In this document: positions 7,336 to 15,227 of the stretch, one piece after another
Numbering within the stretch: position 1 is the stretch's first letter
Layout of the letters: every line of letters starts with the position of its first letter
IMG/VR virus record: IMGVR_UViG_3300037487_001052
Span: 1-35,279 of that record
Length of the DNA stretch: 35,279 nucleotides
Source of the DNA: a virus
Taxonomy: Duplodnaviria > Caudoviricetes
Reading direction: 5' to 3' (one strand)
The notes under the pieces: model-generated
Database searches by the model: none
Told to the model about the DNA's origin: nothing
Seen by the model: only the letters and a program-made list of their open reading frames with translations
Made by a program: the position numbers and the translations under genes

Positions 7336-7609
7336 CCGCGAACCCATCAAGGACTACCGGGTGGCGTGGTGGCTCGCGCAGAAGGAAGCGAACGACCTCC
7401 GCGAGAAGCTCAAGCAGCTCGAGGAGCGCTTCGCCGTCGCCACGAAGCAGCTTGGGATCCTGCGCGAGGATGCCGCCGTCTTGACCGAGCAGAATCGGTC
7501 GCTGTACGTCGCGGTTCACGGCAACCCCGACGCGATGCACGAACGCAACCAGGCCGGCGGCAGTCAGCCGCCGCAACGCTTCCGCCAGGGCGGATGGGAG
7601 GACGCATGA
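7328..7609 (+). CDS. Hypothetical coiled-coil protein, 93 aa
   Basis: GGAGG RBS; overlaps the bet stop. Confidence 0.75.
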   Translation: MSDREPIKDYRVAWWLAQKEANDLREKLKQLEERFAVATKQLGILREDAAVLTEQNRSLYVAVHGNPDAMHERNQAGGSQPPQRFRQGGWEDA

Positions 7610-7773
7610 TTCCGGTCTGGTCAGATGACCATGTGCAGGCGCTGGAGCAGACCATCAAGACGCTCCGCGCCGAGCGCGACGAGGCGAGGCGCGAGGTGTG
7701 CAATCTGTCCATCCACCTACCGCGTGACTATGCGCTCGAGCGCGGTTGGGACTGCTTCAAGGAGGAGCCATGA
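7606..7773 (+). CDS. Small ERDEARREVC-motif protein, copy 1 (55 aa)
   Basis: ATGA coupling and GGAGG RBS; ERDEARREVC...DYALERGWDCF. Confidence 0.75.
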   Translation: MIPVWSDDHVQALEQTIKTLRAERDEARREVCNLSIHLPRDYALERGWDCFKEEP

Positions 7774-8009
7774 CGGGAGACATCGTCAATCGCCTGCGGA
7801 CGAACCGCGAATGCCTTGCCCCATGCCTCATGGACGAGGCCGCGGACGAGATCGTGCGCCTCGAGGCCGCGTTCGTGGCCGCAACGCAGGAGCGCGACGA
7901 GGCGCGTCGTGAGGTGTGCGACCTCAAGTCGTGGAACTTCGACCGCGCCATCAGGCCCGAGGACTACGCCCTGCTCCGCAAGTGGGTCTGCTTCCCGCCC
8001 GCCACCTGA
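7770..8009 (+). CDS. Small ERDEARREVC-motif protein, copy 2 (79 aa)
   Basis: ATGA coupling and AGGAGG RBS; ERDEARREVC...DYALLRKWVCF. Confidence 0.75.
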   Translation: MTGDIVNRLRTNRECLAPCLMDEAADEIVRLEAAFVAATQERDEARREVCDLKSWNFDRAIRPEDYALLRKWVCFPPAT

Positions 8010-8027
8010 CCCTACCCCGCTCTCCTC

Positions 8028-8447
8028 TCACCCCCCGGTCGGTCCCGCAGGACGTTGGGATTCGGCCGGGGGGCTTTGCTTCCCGAACGGCACCAGGCGG
8101 TTCAGGGCCTCCTGGCGCTTCTTGCACCCGCAGCCCTTGGTTGGCTTGATCCCCACGGCGGCCGCCACCTTGGCCACCACGTCGCCGAGGCCGCGGAGGC
8201 GTGTCGATCCATCCTGTTGCTGCTGCGTGGGCTGACCAACGGGTTGTGGCGGCATTCGCGGCGTTGTCATCAACACTAGCGGCGGATTGTGATAGTCGCC
8301 ATTTCGCGGTTCACGCATCTCGCACGTCGCGCATTGCGACATATCAAGGTTCCGCAAGCACCGGAGATTGAGATTCTGAAGCTGGCACGATTTGCAATCT
8401 GGCACCTCGTGCTCGGTGGACCCAAAACGCAGTTTCAAAGTGGTCAT
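8028..8447 (-). CDS. Cys-containing phage protein with GLGD...CGC..RQEALN motif
   Basis: ATG 8447 coupled to the upstream stop. Two CxxC pairs plus GLGDVVAK...GCGCKKRQEALN. Confidence 0.75.
   Translation of the reverse strand: MTTLKLRFGSTEHEVPDCKSCQLQNLNLRCLRNLDMSQCATCEMREPRNGDYHNPPLVLMTTPRMPPQPVGQPTQQQQDGSTRLRGLGDVVAKVAAAVGIKPTKGCGCKKRQEALNRLVPFGKQSPPAESQRPAGPTGG
8031..8081 (+). terminator. Intrinsic terminator of the plus-strand operon
   Basis: Long stem CCCCCCGGTCGG.../...TCGGCCGGGGGG (8031-8073) followed by CTTTGCTT, at the convergence of the two operons. Confidence 0.6.
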
Positions 8448-10297
8448 AGCAGTTGGATCGGCGTTGCGGAAGTTTCGCAATACGTCTGGGGATCGTAGTA
8501 CGCCTCAATGCACAGTTCCGGGCAGTCCTCAACCGGACCGGCGCATGTTTCGCAGTTGAACGTGGGGAACTTCAACGGATACACCCGGCAATTCGTTGAG
8601 GGGAAGCACACCCCGCAGATCGCTTGATACCCGTACACGAGAACAATCCATGTTCCGCTGATGGGGTCAAATACCTCAACGTTGTCATATGGCCAAACGT
8701 CGCCAGGAGACCACGGGATCTCGGCGCATTCTGGATATGGTTCTTCTGGCAAGCCGTCGCCTGGACAATACAGTCCCGTGGTGGCTTCCTGCGACACGGG
8801 CAACATGGAGTACCGGGCGTTGCAGGAATACTCCGCAGGGGACAGGCACTCCGCGCTGATAGCGACGTTGACCACGTTCTTAATGACCTGACGCGGGGTG
8901 AAATCTTGGCACACACACGCCCGGTATCGCACGCTCCTGCCGACGAGCCACACGAACACCTGCTGGCTCGCTACGTCGATCTGCGCCCGGTCCACCTCAA
9001 GCCTGTCCGCAGCCGAGAACGGTGGCCGCTGATTGGGTCCACCGCCGCAGTCGTTGCATGACTGCCTGTTCCCAAACCAAAAGCACTCCGCGCCGAAGCC
9101 CTGCCCGGTCGCTGTAATAAAGGGTGCCAGCCTGTCGTTGATGCGCTGCGCGACATGACCGGGGTTGCCGCTGAACACGATGGCGCGATAGTCGCACACA
9201 TCTACGCAGGTCGCGGGGATGATGCCCCAAGTCGTGTTGACCGTGCAAGGGATCGGATCATTCCAGTTTGTGACGTTTACCAAGTCCAGATAGAACTGGC
9301 GCACAGCTTCCTGCTCGACAGGGTCCGACGAGAACGGGTCCAGCCCTGCATCTTGCGCCATGCAGAACGGGAACCTAATGACGAGGGCATCCTGCACGTG
9401 GTCAACGCATCCCGTGTTTCCACCCGTAACTAGCGAGTAGTAGGTGAACAAGTCATACGAGAGCAAGGGATTCTCGTAGTTGTCGCAGATGGTTGGGTCA
9501 TCCGCGCAGATGTCACCCGGCAAGCAGCAGTACCCCAATACCGCAGGACAGTCAGGGCATTCTGCCATGACCACTTGCGACTGAAAGTACACGCCCGTCT
9601 GCACGCCCGGAATCAACGTCTGCTGCACTTGAGTCATGTCGGGGATGCAGATCCCGAGCCTTTGACTCGCCGCGTGCGTGACCGGAGCGTATGTTTGAAG
9701 CGGAAAATCCCGGTCGCAGCACACACAATCTCTGCCGTCTATTCCTGGAGAAAACTGCAACCCCCACTTAATGTAGCACGCCGTGAGACTGCTGCTGGCC
9801 GTAAGCGTGCATCCCTCTGCGTTCGTGCCGAACTGGTCGCAGAACTCGTAGCACTCCGCAATTACATCCTCGCAGATGTTCGGTGGAACTTCGACGGGCG
9901 GTGGATTCTCCACTACGATCTCTTCGACTCCTCCGGGAGGTACTTGCTCCTGCGGTTTCGGAACGCAACAAGGCCCTTCCCCTTTGTCCCTGATTTCAAG
10001 CAAGGTCCCGACATTGATGGGGTACAGACCTGATCCCGGCGGGCACGGATACGGGGTCGTGGTTGGCCCCTTCACCTCATAGACGCAATTCAAGTACGCG
10101 ACGAAATAACACTTGGTGGGATCAAGAGGGAGCTCAATGCCGATAGACGGCAGATACTTTTCGCAAAACTCAATCTGTGCCGGCCCGCCACAGCACAGCT
10201 GCTCGCAACAGTAATCGTCTGTGTATGCCCCGCACAGCTCCGCGTAATACGTGGCTCCTGTGGCGCAGCAACACGCGACGGCGGTAATTGCGCTCAT
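8444..10297 (-). CDS. Large cysteine-rich acidic protein, 617 aa
   Basis: Long ORF with about 50 Cys by hand count and an N-terminal CCC; visibly lower GC than the flanks. Confidence 0.85.
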   Translation of the reverse strand: MSAITAVACCCATGATYYAELCGAYTDDYCCEQLCCGGPAQIEFCEKYLPSIGIELPLDPTKCYFVAYLNCVYEVKGPTTTPYPCPPGSGLYPINVGTLLEIRDKGEGPCCVPKPQEQVPPGGVEEIVVENPPPVEVPPNICEDVIAECYEFCDQFGTNAEGCTLTASSSLTACYIKWGLQFSPGIDGRDCVCCDRDFPLQTYAPVTHAASQRLGICIPDMTQVQQTLIPGVQTGVYFQSQVVMAECPDCPAVLGYCCLPGDICADDPTICDNYENPLLSYDLFTYYSLVTGGNTGCVDHVQDALVIRFPFCMAQDAGLDPFSSDPVEQEAVRQFYLDLVNVTNWNDPIPCTVNTTWGIIPATCVDVCDYRAIVFSGNPGHVAQRINDRLAPFITATGQGFGAECFWFGNRQSCNDCGGGPNQRPPFSAADRLEVDRAQIDVASQQVFVWLVGRSVRYRACVCQDFTPRQVIKNVVNVAISAECLSPAEYSCNARYSMLPVSQEATTGLYCPGDGLPEEPYPECAEIPWSPGDVWPYDNVEVFDPISGTWIVLVYGYQAICGVCFPSTNCRVYPLKFPTFNCETCAGPVEDCPELCIEAYYDPQTYCETSATPIQLL

Positions 10298-10338
10298 GCC
10301 ACGATTACGATCACAAGCGCCAGGATGACGAGCCGCAT
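10294..10338 (-). CDS. 14-codon hydrophobic mini-ORF (MRLVILALVIVIVA)
   Basis: Start overlaps the upstream stop (TGATG); stop overlaps the downstream start (ATGA). Confidence 0.4.
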   Translation of the reverse strand: MRLVILALVIVIVA

Positions 10339-10469
10339 CAGCGCTTGCCGATCTTCGTCAGAAGCCACGAGAACGGGAACAGCTGGCCCGCGATGTATCC
10401 CCCGAGGGCGCACGCCGCGGCGAACCAGAGCGAGCCGAGCAGGGACGAGAGCGAGGCGAGGGTGGTCAT
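10338..10469 (-). CDS. Small membrane protein, 43 aa (MTTLASLSSLLGSLWFAAACALGGYIAGQLFPFSWLLTKIGKR)
   Basis: Not in the ORF track. ATGA-coupled; hydrophobic helix with a basic C-terminus. Confidence 0.7.
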   Translation of the reverse strand: MTTLASLSSLLGSLWFAAACALGGYIAGQLFPFSWLLTKIGKR

Positions 10470-10963
10470 GTCTTGGGCTTCCTTCGTGCTGCGGCGCGTC
10501 GATAGGCTGCGTCGAACTCGGCATCTTGCGCCCTCATTGCTGCCACGAGCTCGCGGTCCCCCTCGGGGCGGGACGGGTCTAGCATATCGACCGCAAGCTC
10601 GGCCTGCGCCACCTTACGCCGAGGCAACCACCCCACGGCGACCCTCACGGCCTGCCCGAGCCCGGTCTGCCACAGCAGGATCACGACCGCGACCGCCACC
10701 ACGGCCCCAGCGACCCACATCAGGGTGGTCATCCACGCGGGCGTACGGTCCTCGGTCCCCGGGAGGTCCTCGTGGATATGGGAGGCGAGTTCATCGATCC
10801 GCTCGGCCCGGGCGACCACCTCGGGCTGCGCCGTGCTGCTCCCGAGCACCATGAGCGCCTGGGCCTCGGTGCGGATGTCGTTGGCCGTGCCCGCGATGCG
10901 GGCCGTAGGGCTGCAGGCCGTCAGGGTTAAGGCGAGGGCGAGGATGCTCCCGCCGCGCCTCAC
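10466..10963 (-). CDS. Lipoprotein with internal transmembrane helix (u-spanin-like topology)
   Basis: GTG start coupled to the upstream stop. Signal and lipobox MRRGGSILALALTLTA-C; TM segment WMTTLMWVAGAVVAVAVVILLW. Confidence 0.65.
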   Translation of the reverse strand: MRRGGSILALALTLTACSPTARIAGTANDIRTEAQALMVLGSSTAQPEVVARAERIDELASHIHEDLPGTEDRTPAWMTTLMWVAGAVVAVAVVILLWQTGLGQAVRVAVGWLPRRKVAQAELAVDMLDPSRPEGDRELVAAMRAQDAEFDAAYRRAAARRKPKT

Positions 10964-11223
10964 TTGCGCTCCAGGCGCGTGGTGCGCTCCTCGAGGCCCC
11001 GGACGCGCTCGGCGAGGATTCGGACCTGTGCCGTGCCCTCCACGGCCGTCTGGCGGATCTCGTGCAGCTCGCTCGCCATGCGCTCGAGCGCCCTGCCCTG
11101 CTGCTCGTCGCGCTCGGAGCGCTGGCCCGCGTAGATCATCGCCCCGATCAGGGCGGTCAGGGCCACCCCAAACTGGGCAACCTTGAGCCATTGGTTCAGG
11201 CTGTCGGCGACTTCCTTGGTCAC
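10960..11223 (-). CDS. Holin-like single-TM protein with coiled-coil tail, 87 aa
   Basis: GTG 11223; TM segment FGVALTALIGAMIYAG; ends in RLERK; directly follows the tail fibre. Confidence 0.55.
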   Translation of the reverse strand: MTKEVADSLNQWLKVAQFGVALTALIGAMIYAGQRSERDEQQGRALERMASELHEIRQTAVEGTAQVRILAERVRGLEERTTRLERK

Positions 11224-11224
11224 G

Positions 11225-13042
11225 TCAGAACTCCGAGATGATGCACACGAGGCCCGTTCCGCCCGTGCCGCCGTTCCCGGTGGCCGAGTTGGCGGCTCCG
11301 CTGCCGCCCCCGCCTGAGCCGTAGATGCCGTTGCCGCCCGCGGCGCTTGTTCCCGTCGAGGAGTCGCTGCCGCCGCCCGAGTTGCCGTAAATGCCCATCG
11401 CCGTGCCGTTGATGCCGACGATGGACGAGGCCGCAAGGCCCATGCCGAGCCGCCGGCCGCCAACGCCGCCCGCGTAGGTGGTCGCCGACCCCGCCTTGCC
11501 TGCGCCGCCGCCGCCTCCTGGGGCTCCGATGCTGTCCGCTGCCGTACCGCCGACCGCGCCGTGTGTTCCGCCCGCAGCGCCTGCCCCGCCCGCGTACAAG
11601 GCCGCGGCCGTCGCCGTGGCGCTGCCGCCCGCGCCTCCGCTGGTCGTGCCCTGCGCTCCCGCAGAGCCGCCTGCAGCCTGCGCGAATGGGCGGCCCACCG
11701 TCTGGTACACGGAGCTCGCGCTGCCGGCTGCGCCCGGGAGGCCGTCGTTGTTGGCGAGCACGCCAAGGCCACCCGCGCCGCCCGCACCGACCACGACCGT
11801 CAGGGTGGCCGGGAGGTCCGCAGCGCGGTGCGTGATCTCGGTGATGCCCGCGCCCCCGCCGCCGCCGCCGCCGCCCTTGTTGCCGCTACCGTGAGCGTGA
11901 CCGCTGCCGCCGCCCCCGCCGCCGCCAATGACGATCATGCGGACGCTCTTGCAGCCCACGGGCTTGGTCCACGTGAACGTGCCCGCCGTGGTGAAGGTCT
12001 GCACGTCGGTCCCGTTCGTGTGATCCCACGAGGTGCCGTTGTAGCGCCACAGGTCCCCGGCCGCTGGCGCGGTCGCGTCAATGGCGCGGCCTGCGAGGCC
12101 GTCCACGGTGGGGTTGGGGTAGGTGCCCGCTAGGTCGCCACCCGCCGTGCCGCTTGGAGGGCAGGAGATGGAGCTCTGCGGGAGGTGGTTCCATTGCGAG
12201 CCGCTGTAGACCCACAGGTCCCCGGCGGTCGGGGCCGCCGTGTCGATGGACCGCCCCGCCAGCCCGTCCACCGTGGGGCTCGGATAGGTCCCGGCTAGAT
12301 CGCCGCTCGCCGCGCCCGTGGGGGCTCGTGAGTCGGACAGGCGGCTGTCGGTGGCCTCAACGGGCTTGCCAGCCGTCGCGCTGCCGCTGGCGGCAAAGTC
12401 GCACGTAAGGGTGACGTTGGTCGTAAGCGCCCCGCCGCCCGTCAGGCCCGTCCCGGCGATGACTTGCGTGGATGTCGACACCTTGCCCGCCAAATCCGAG
12501 GTCAGGCTCGTCACTTGGCTCTGGGCGATGGTGATGGGGTCGCTGCCAGCCACGCCGTGCGTTCCGGCATGGGAGGTCGGCGTGCGGGCGTTGGTGAGCC
12601 GCGAGTCGGTGGCTTCGACCGCCTGCCCCGCGCTGCCGCCGCCGCTGACGGCAAAGTCCACGGCAAGGGTCCTGCTCGTGGACAGGTCGCCGCCGCCCGT
12701 CAGCCCGGTGCCCGTTGCGACTTGCGTCGAGGTATCGACCTTGTTGACAAGGTCCGCAGCCAGGTTGACCACCTGTGCCTGCTCAATGCTGATTGAGTCG
12801 CTGCCAAGGAAGCCGTGCGATGCCGCGTGCGCGGTCGGGGTCCTCGCGTTGGACAGGCGCGTGTCGGTCGCCCGGGGTACTTGGTTGCTCCCGCCGCCGC
12901 CATCCGCCGCGAAGTCCACCGAGATCGTGCCAGCGCCGACGATGGTCCCGCCGAGCAAGCCGCTTCCGGCGGTGATGCTCTCAAGCCCATCGACCGCGAT
13001 GCTGACCGTGTTCTGGGTGACCTCGATCTCGATGTCGGCCAT
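11225..13042 (-). CDS. Tail fibre protein with repeats and glycine-rich C-terminal domain
   Basis: Three xAGTGLTGGG...ATDSRLxxAR repeats, two GDLAGTYPxPTVDGLAGR repeats, then TFTTAGTFTWTKP...GGGGGGG domain. Confidence 0.8.
   Translation of the reverse strand: MADIEIEVTQNTVSIAVDGLESITAGSGLLGGTIVGAGTISVDFAADGGGGSNQVPRATDTRLSNARTPTAHAASHGFLGSDSISIEQAQVVNLAADLVNKVDTSTQVATGTGLTGGGDLSTSRTLAVDFAVSGGGSAGQAVEATDSRLTNARTPTSHAGTHGVAGSDPITIAQSQVTSLTSDLAGKVSTSTQVIAGTGLTGGGALTTNVTLTCDFAASGSATAGKPVEATDSRLSDSRAPTGAASGDLAGTYPSPTVDGLAGRSIDTAAPTAGDLWVYSGSQWNHLPQSSISCPPSGTAGGDLAGTYPNPTVDGLAGRAIDATAPAAGDLWRYNGTSWDHTNGTDVQTFTTAGTFTWTKPVGCKSVRMIVIGGGGGGGSGHAHGSGNKGGGGGGGGAGITEITHRAADLPATLTVVVGAGGAGGLGVLANNDGLPGAAGSASSVYQTVGRPFAQAAGGSAGAQGTTSGGAGGSATATAAALYAGGAGAAGGTHGAVGGTAADSIGAPGGGGGAGKAGSATTYAGGVGGRRLGMGLAASSIVGINGTAMGIYGNSGGGSDSSTGTSAAGGNGIYGSGGGGSGAANSATGNGGTGGTGLVCIISEF
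12045..12311. repeat. Diverged direct repeat of about 100 bp within the tail fibre
   Basis: 12045-12146 and 12211-12311 both encode GDLAGTYPxPTVDGLAGRxIDxxAPxAGDLW. Confidence 0.75.
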
Positions 13043-13043
13043 G

Positions 13044-13397
13044 TCAGGGCGCTCCCGCGTAGGTGTTCACTTGGGCCGCCCCGAGCGACTTGAGGCGATG
13101 CACGACCGAGCCCGGGAAGTGGATCTCGAAGTCGAATCGGGCCTGCCCGAGGGGGAAATTGGCCGTGGTCGCGGCCGGGATCGTCAGGGTCCCCTGCGTC
13201 TTGGCGACATTCAGGGCCCACATCGGGCTGACCCCCGTTGAGCTCGCCGTGACAAACGCCGCGGCCTCGGGCTGCGACATGGTGAGCCGCCACTCGGTCG
13301 CCGTCGCCAAGGCCGGGTACGTCGCCGGCCACACGGTGATGGCAATCGTGCTGACGTAGGTCTCGCCCTTTGCGATGTTGATCGTCCACTCACTCAT
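13044..13397 (-). CDS. Putative fibre-attachment/baseplate adaptor (BppU-N-like), 117 aa
   Basis: Beta-rich INIAKGET...LTIPAATTANF...RFDFEI pattern, directly upstream of the fibre gene. Confidence 0.55.
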   Translation of the reverse strand: MSEWTINIAKGETYVSTIAITVWPATYPALATATEWRLTMSQPEAAAFVTASSTGVSPMWALNVAKTQGTLTIPAATTANFPLGQARFDFEIHFPGSVVHRLKSLGAAQVNTYAGAP

Positions 13398-13400
13398 GGG

Positions 13401-15227
13401 TCACTCTCCTGGGCTTTCGGCGCATTCTACGCGGACGGCATTCGGCATCGAGAACCAGAACTGCGGCTTGTACGGTGCCGTCGCCATTCCGGTGTAGATT
13501 GTCGGGAAGTGCTCGACCATCTCCACGATGGTCCCGACCGAGATCGGGAGCGCCGAGATGACCGCGATGCCGCCGTAGTGCGACTGCAGGACCCCGGGCG
13601 CGACCACGTTGCCGGCGTTTCCCGCGCCGAGGTACACGTTGCCCGCCTCGGCCATGTTCCGGGCTTGCGTGCCCGTGCGGCCGTATGGCGTGACGCTGAC
13701 GTATTGCGTCGGGCACGCCTCGAGGTCTGGATTCGGTTCGACCTCCTCAAAGGTATAGAACCATTTCCATATCCCTCCTTCCACAGGTCCCGGACCTTCA
13801 GTGCATGATGTTGCTCCCGTAATTCGAGCGGGAAATACCCGGGTGTTCGGCGGCGGCACGTCGATGATGGTCGCCCCGACGAGGTTGCGGTACGCCTGGG
13901 CCTTGCCCTTGGCGAGGACCAGCTGCTCAGGGTCGGTCTCGCCCACGCCCTGCAGGCCGAATCGCCAGTCATCCTCGCGCGCCTCGGTGACCGTGCAGGG
14001 GCTCAAGGTGCCGTCGATGACCGCGAGGCGGTAGGAGACCTTGCCGAGCTGCCCGATGGTCGTGGTGCTGTTCGTGTACCACCCCACCCACCCCGCCCAG
14101 ACCGTGCGCCCGAACGGCGTGTTGCTGTATCGGCTCGCATAGTCGGCCCGCACGCTCGTGGTAAACGCCGTCGTACTCCATCCGGGCGACGCGGTAAGGG
14201 TGGCTCCCGTCTGGTCGTTCACCACGACCGCGCCCTCGGACAGGGCGGCTCGCCCGACGTTGGCGGGGGAGCGCGTCCACGTCGCGGCTGCGCCGTTGCT
14301 GAAAATCCCGCGCATCGAGAAGTGCTGCTGCGTTGCCGGGGTCTGATTGACGGCGGTGGTGTCGTACACCGTCAAGCCTTCGACCGACCGCCTAGGCATG
14401 ATGACCGCCGCGCTCGAGGGGGCGGTCGCCTGAAAGCCCGCTTGGTTCCAGTTGTTGACGAGCGCGTCCGTGCCGCCGGCCGCTCCGTTCACGGGCTGCA
14501 TGCCCCCAGCCAGCGCCCGCTTGGCGGCGTTCATCCGGGTGTCGTACTGCGTCTTGAGCGTGTCGATCTCGATGAACACGTTCCCCGACCCCGTCGCCAC
14601 GACGAGCTGGCGGTTTGCCACCGCGATGGCATCGATGAGAAGCGAGAGCGCGGCGTTCGGGCTGCCGACCAGATCGGAGATCCTGCGGAGGTACTCCGGG
14701 GTCCTGGTCGTGAACCCGGTCGGCATGGTCAGGTTGATGCCCGTGGCTGCCGTCGAGATGATGTTCAGGAGGTCGGCGTAGCTCGTGATGGGGTTCGGGC
14801 CGCCCGCCGCCACGTTGAGCTGCCACCGCCCGTCGCTTGACCACAGGGGCGCGAGCGCCTGCGTGTTGACCGCCCCGCTTGAGAACTGCCAGTACCAGCG
14901 CTGGTCCACGAGTTCGACCATGACCGGGCCGCCGTACTGACGCCACAGGAATGGCTGCGGGGGACGCACATACAGGCCCGTCAGGACGATGGCACCGCTG
15001 CCGTCGTTGATCGTCAGGCTCACGGTGCTCGTCGCGTACAGGTTCGTCAGGTCGCTGTGCTTGACGAGCAGGCTCGCGCTCGTGTGCTGCGTCATTCCGC
15101 AGGGCACGTCGATCCGGAACAGGTCCTCGGGCGGGATGCCGATCTGCCGCGCCACCTCGCCCATCTTCTCGTCGGGCAGGAGGACCGGGATGACGTTCGC
15201 GCCGGCCGTTATGAAGGCTTCGACCAT
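13401..15227 (-). CDS. Putative tail-tip/baseplate hub protein, 608 aa
   Basis: Position second after the tape measure; ELVDQRWYW motif; start overlaps the upstream stop. Confidence 0.65.
   Translation of the reverse strand: MVEAFITAGANVIPVLLPDEKMGEVARQIGIPPEDLFRIDVPCGMTQHTSASLLVKHSDLTNLYATSTVSLTINDGSGAIVLTGLYVRPPQPFLWRQYGGPVMVELVDQRWYWQFSSGAVNTQALAPLWSSDGRWQLNVAAGGPNPITSYADLLNIISTAATGINLTMPTGFTTRTPEYLRRISDLVGSPNAALSLLIDAIAVANRQLVVATGSGNVFIEIDTLKTQYDTRMNAAKRALAGGMQPVNGAAGGTDALVNNWNQAGFQATAPSSAAVIMPRRSVEGLTVYDTTAVNQTPATQQHFSMRGIFSNGAAATWTRSPANVGRAALSEGAVVVNDQTGATLTASPGWSTTAFTTSVRADYASRYSNTPFGRTVWAGWVGWYTNSTTTIGQLGKVSYRLAVIDGTLSPCTVTEAREDDWRFGLQGVGETDPEQLVLAKGKAQAYRNLVGATIIDVPPPNTRVFPARITGATSCTEGPGPVEGGIWKWFYTFEEVEPNPDLEACPTQYVSVTPYGRTGTQARNMAEAGNVYLGAGNAGNVVAPGVLQSHYGGIAVISALPISVGTIVEMVEHFPTIYTGMATAPYKPQFWFSMPNAVRVECAESPGE

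Noticed and set aside
5911-7350. 479-aa minus-strand ORF
   Set aside because: Antisense shadow of rusA and bet, caused by GC3 bias; no motifs or RBS.
7672-7919. 30-bp direct repeat pair as a CRISPR array or att site
   Set aside because: Only two imperfect copies, both in frame within paralogous coding sequence.
8444-13042. Possible diversity-generating retroelement targeting a fibre or the Cys-rich gene
   Set aside because: No reverse transcriptase and no TR/VR pair with adenine-specific mismatches seen. The fibre repeats differ mainly at synonymous positions.
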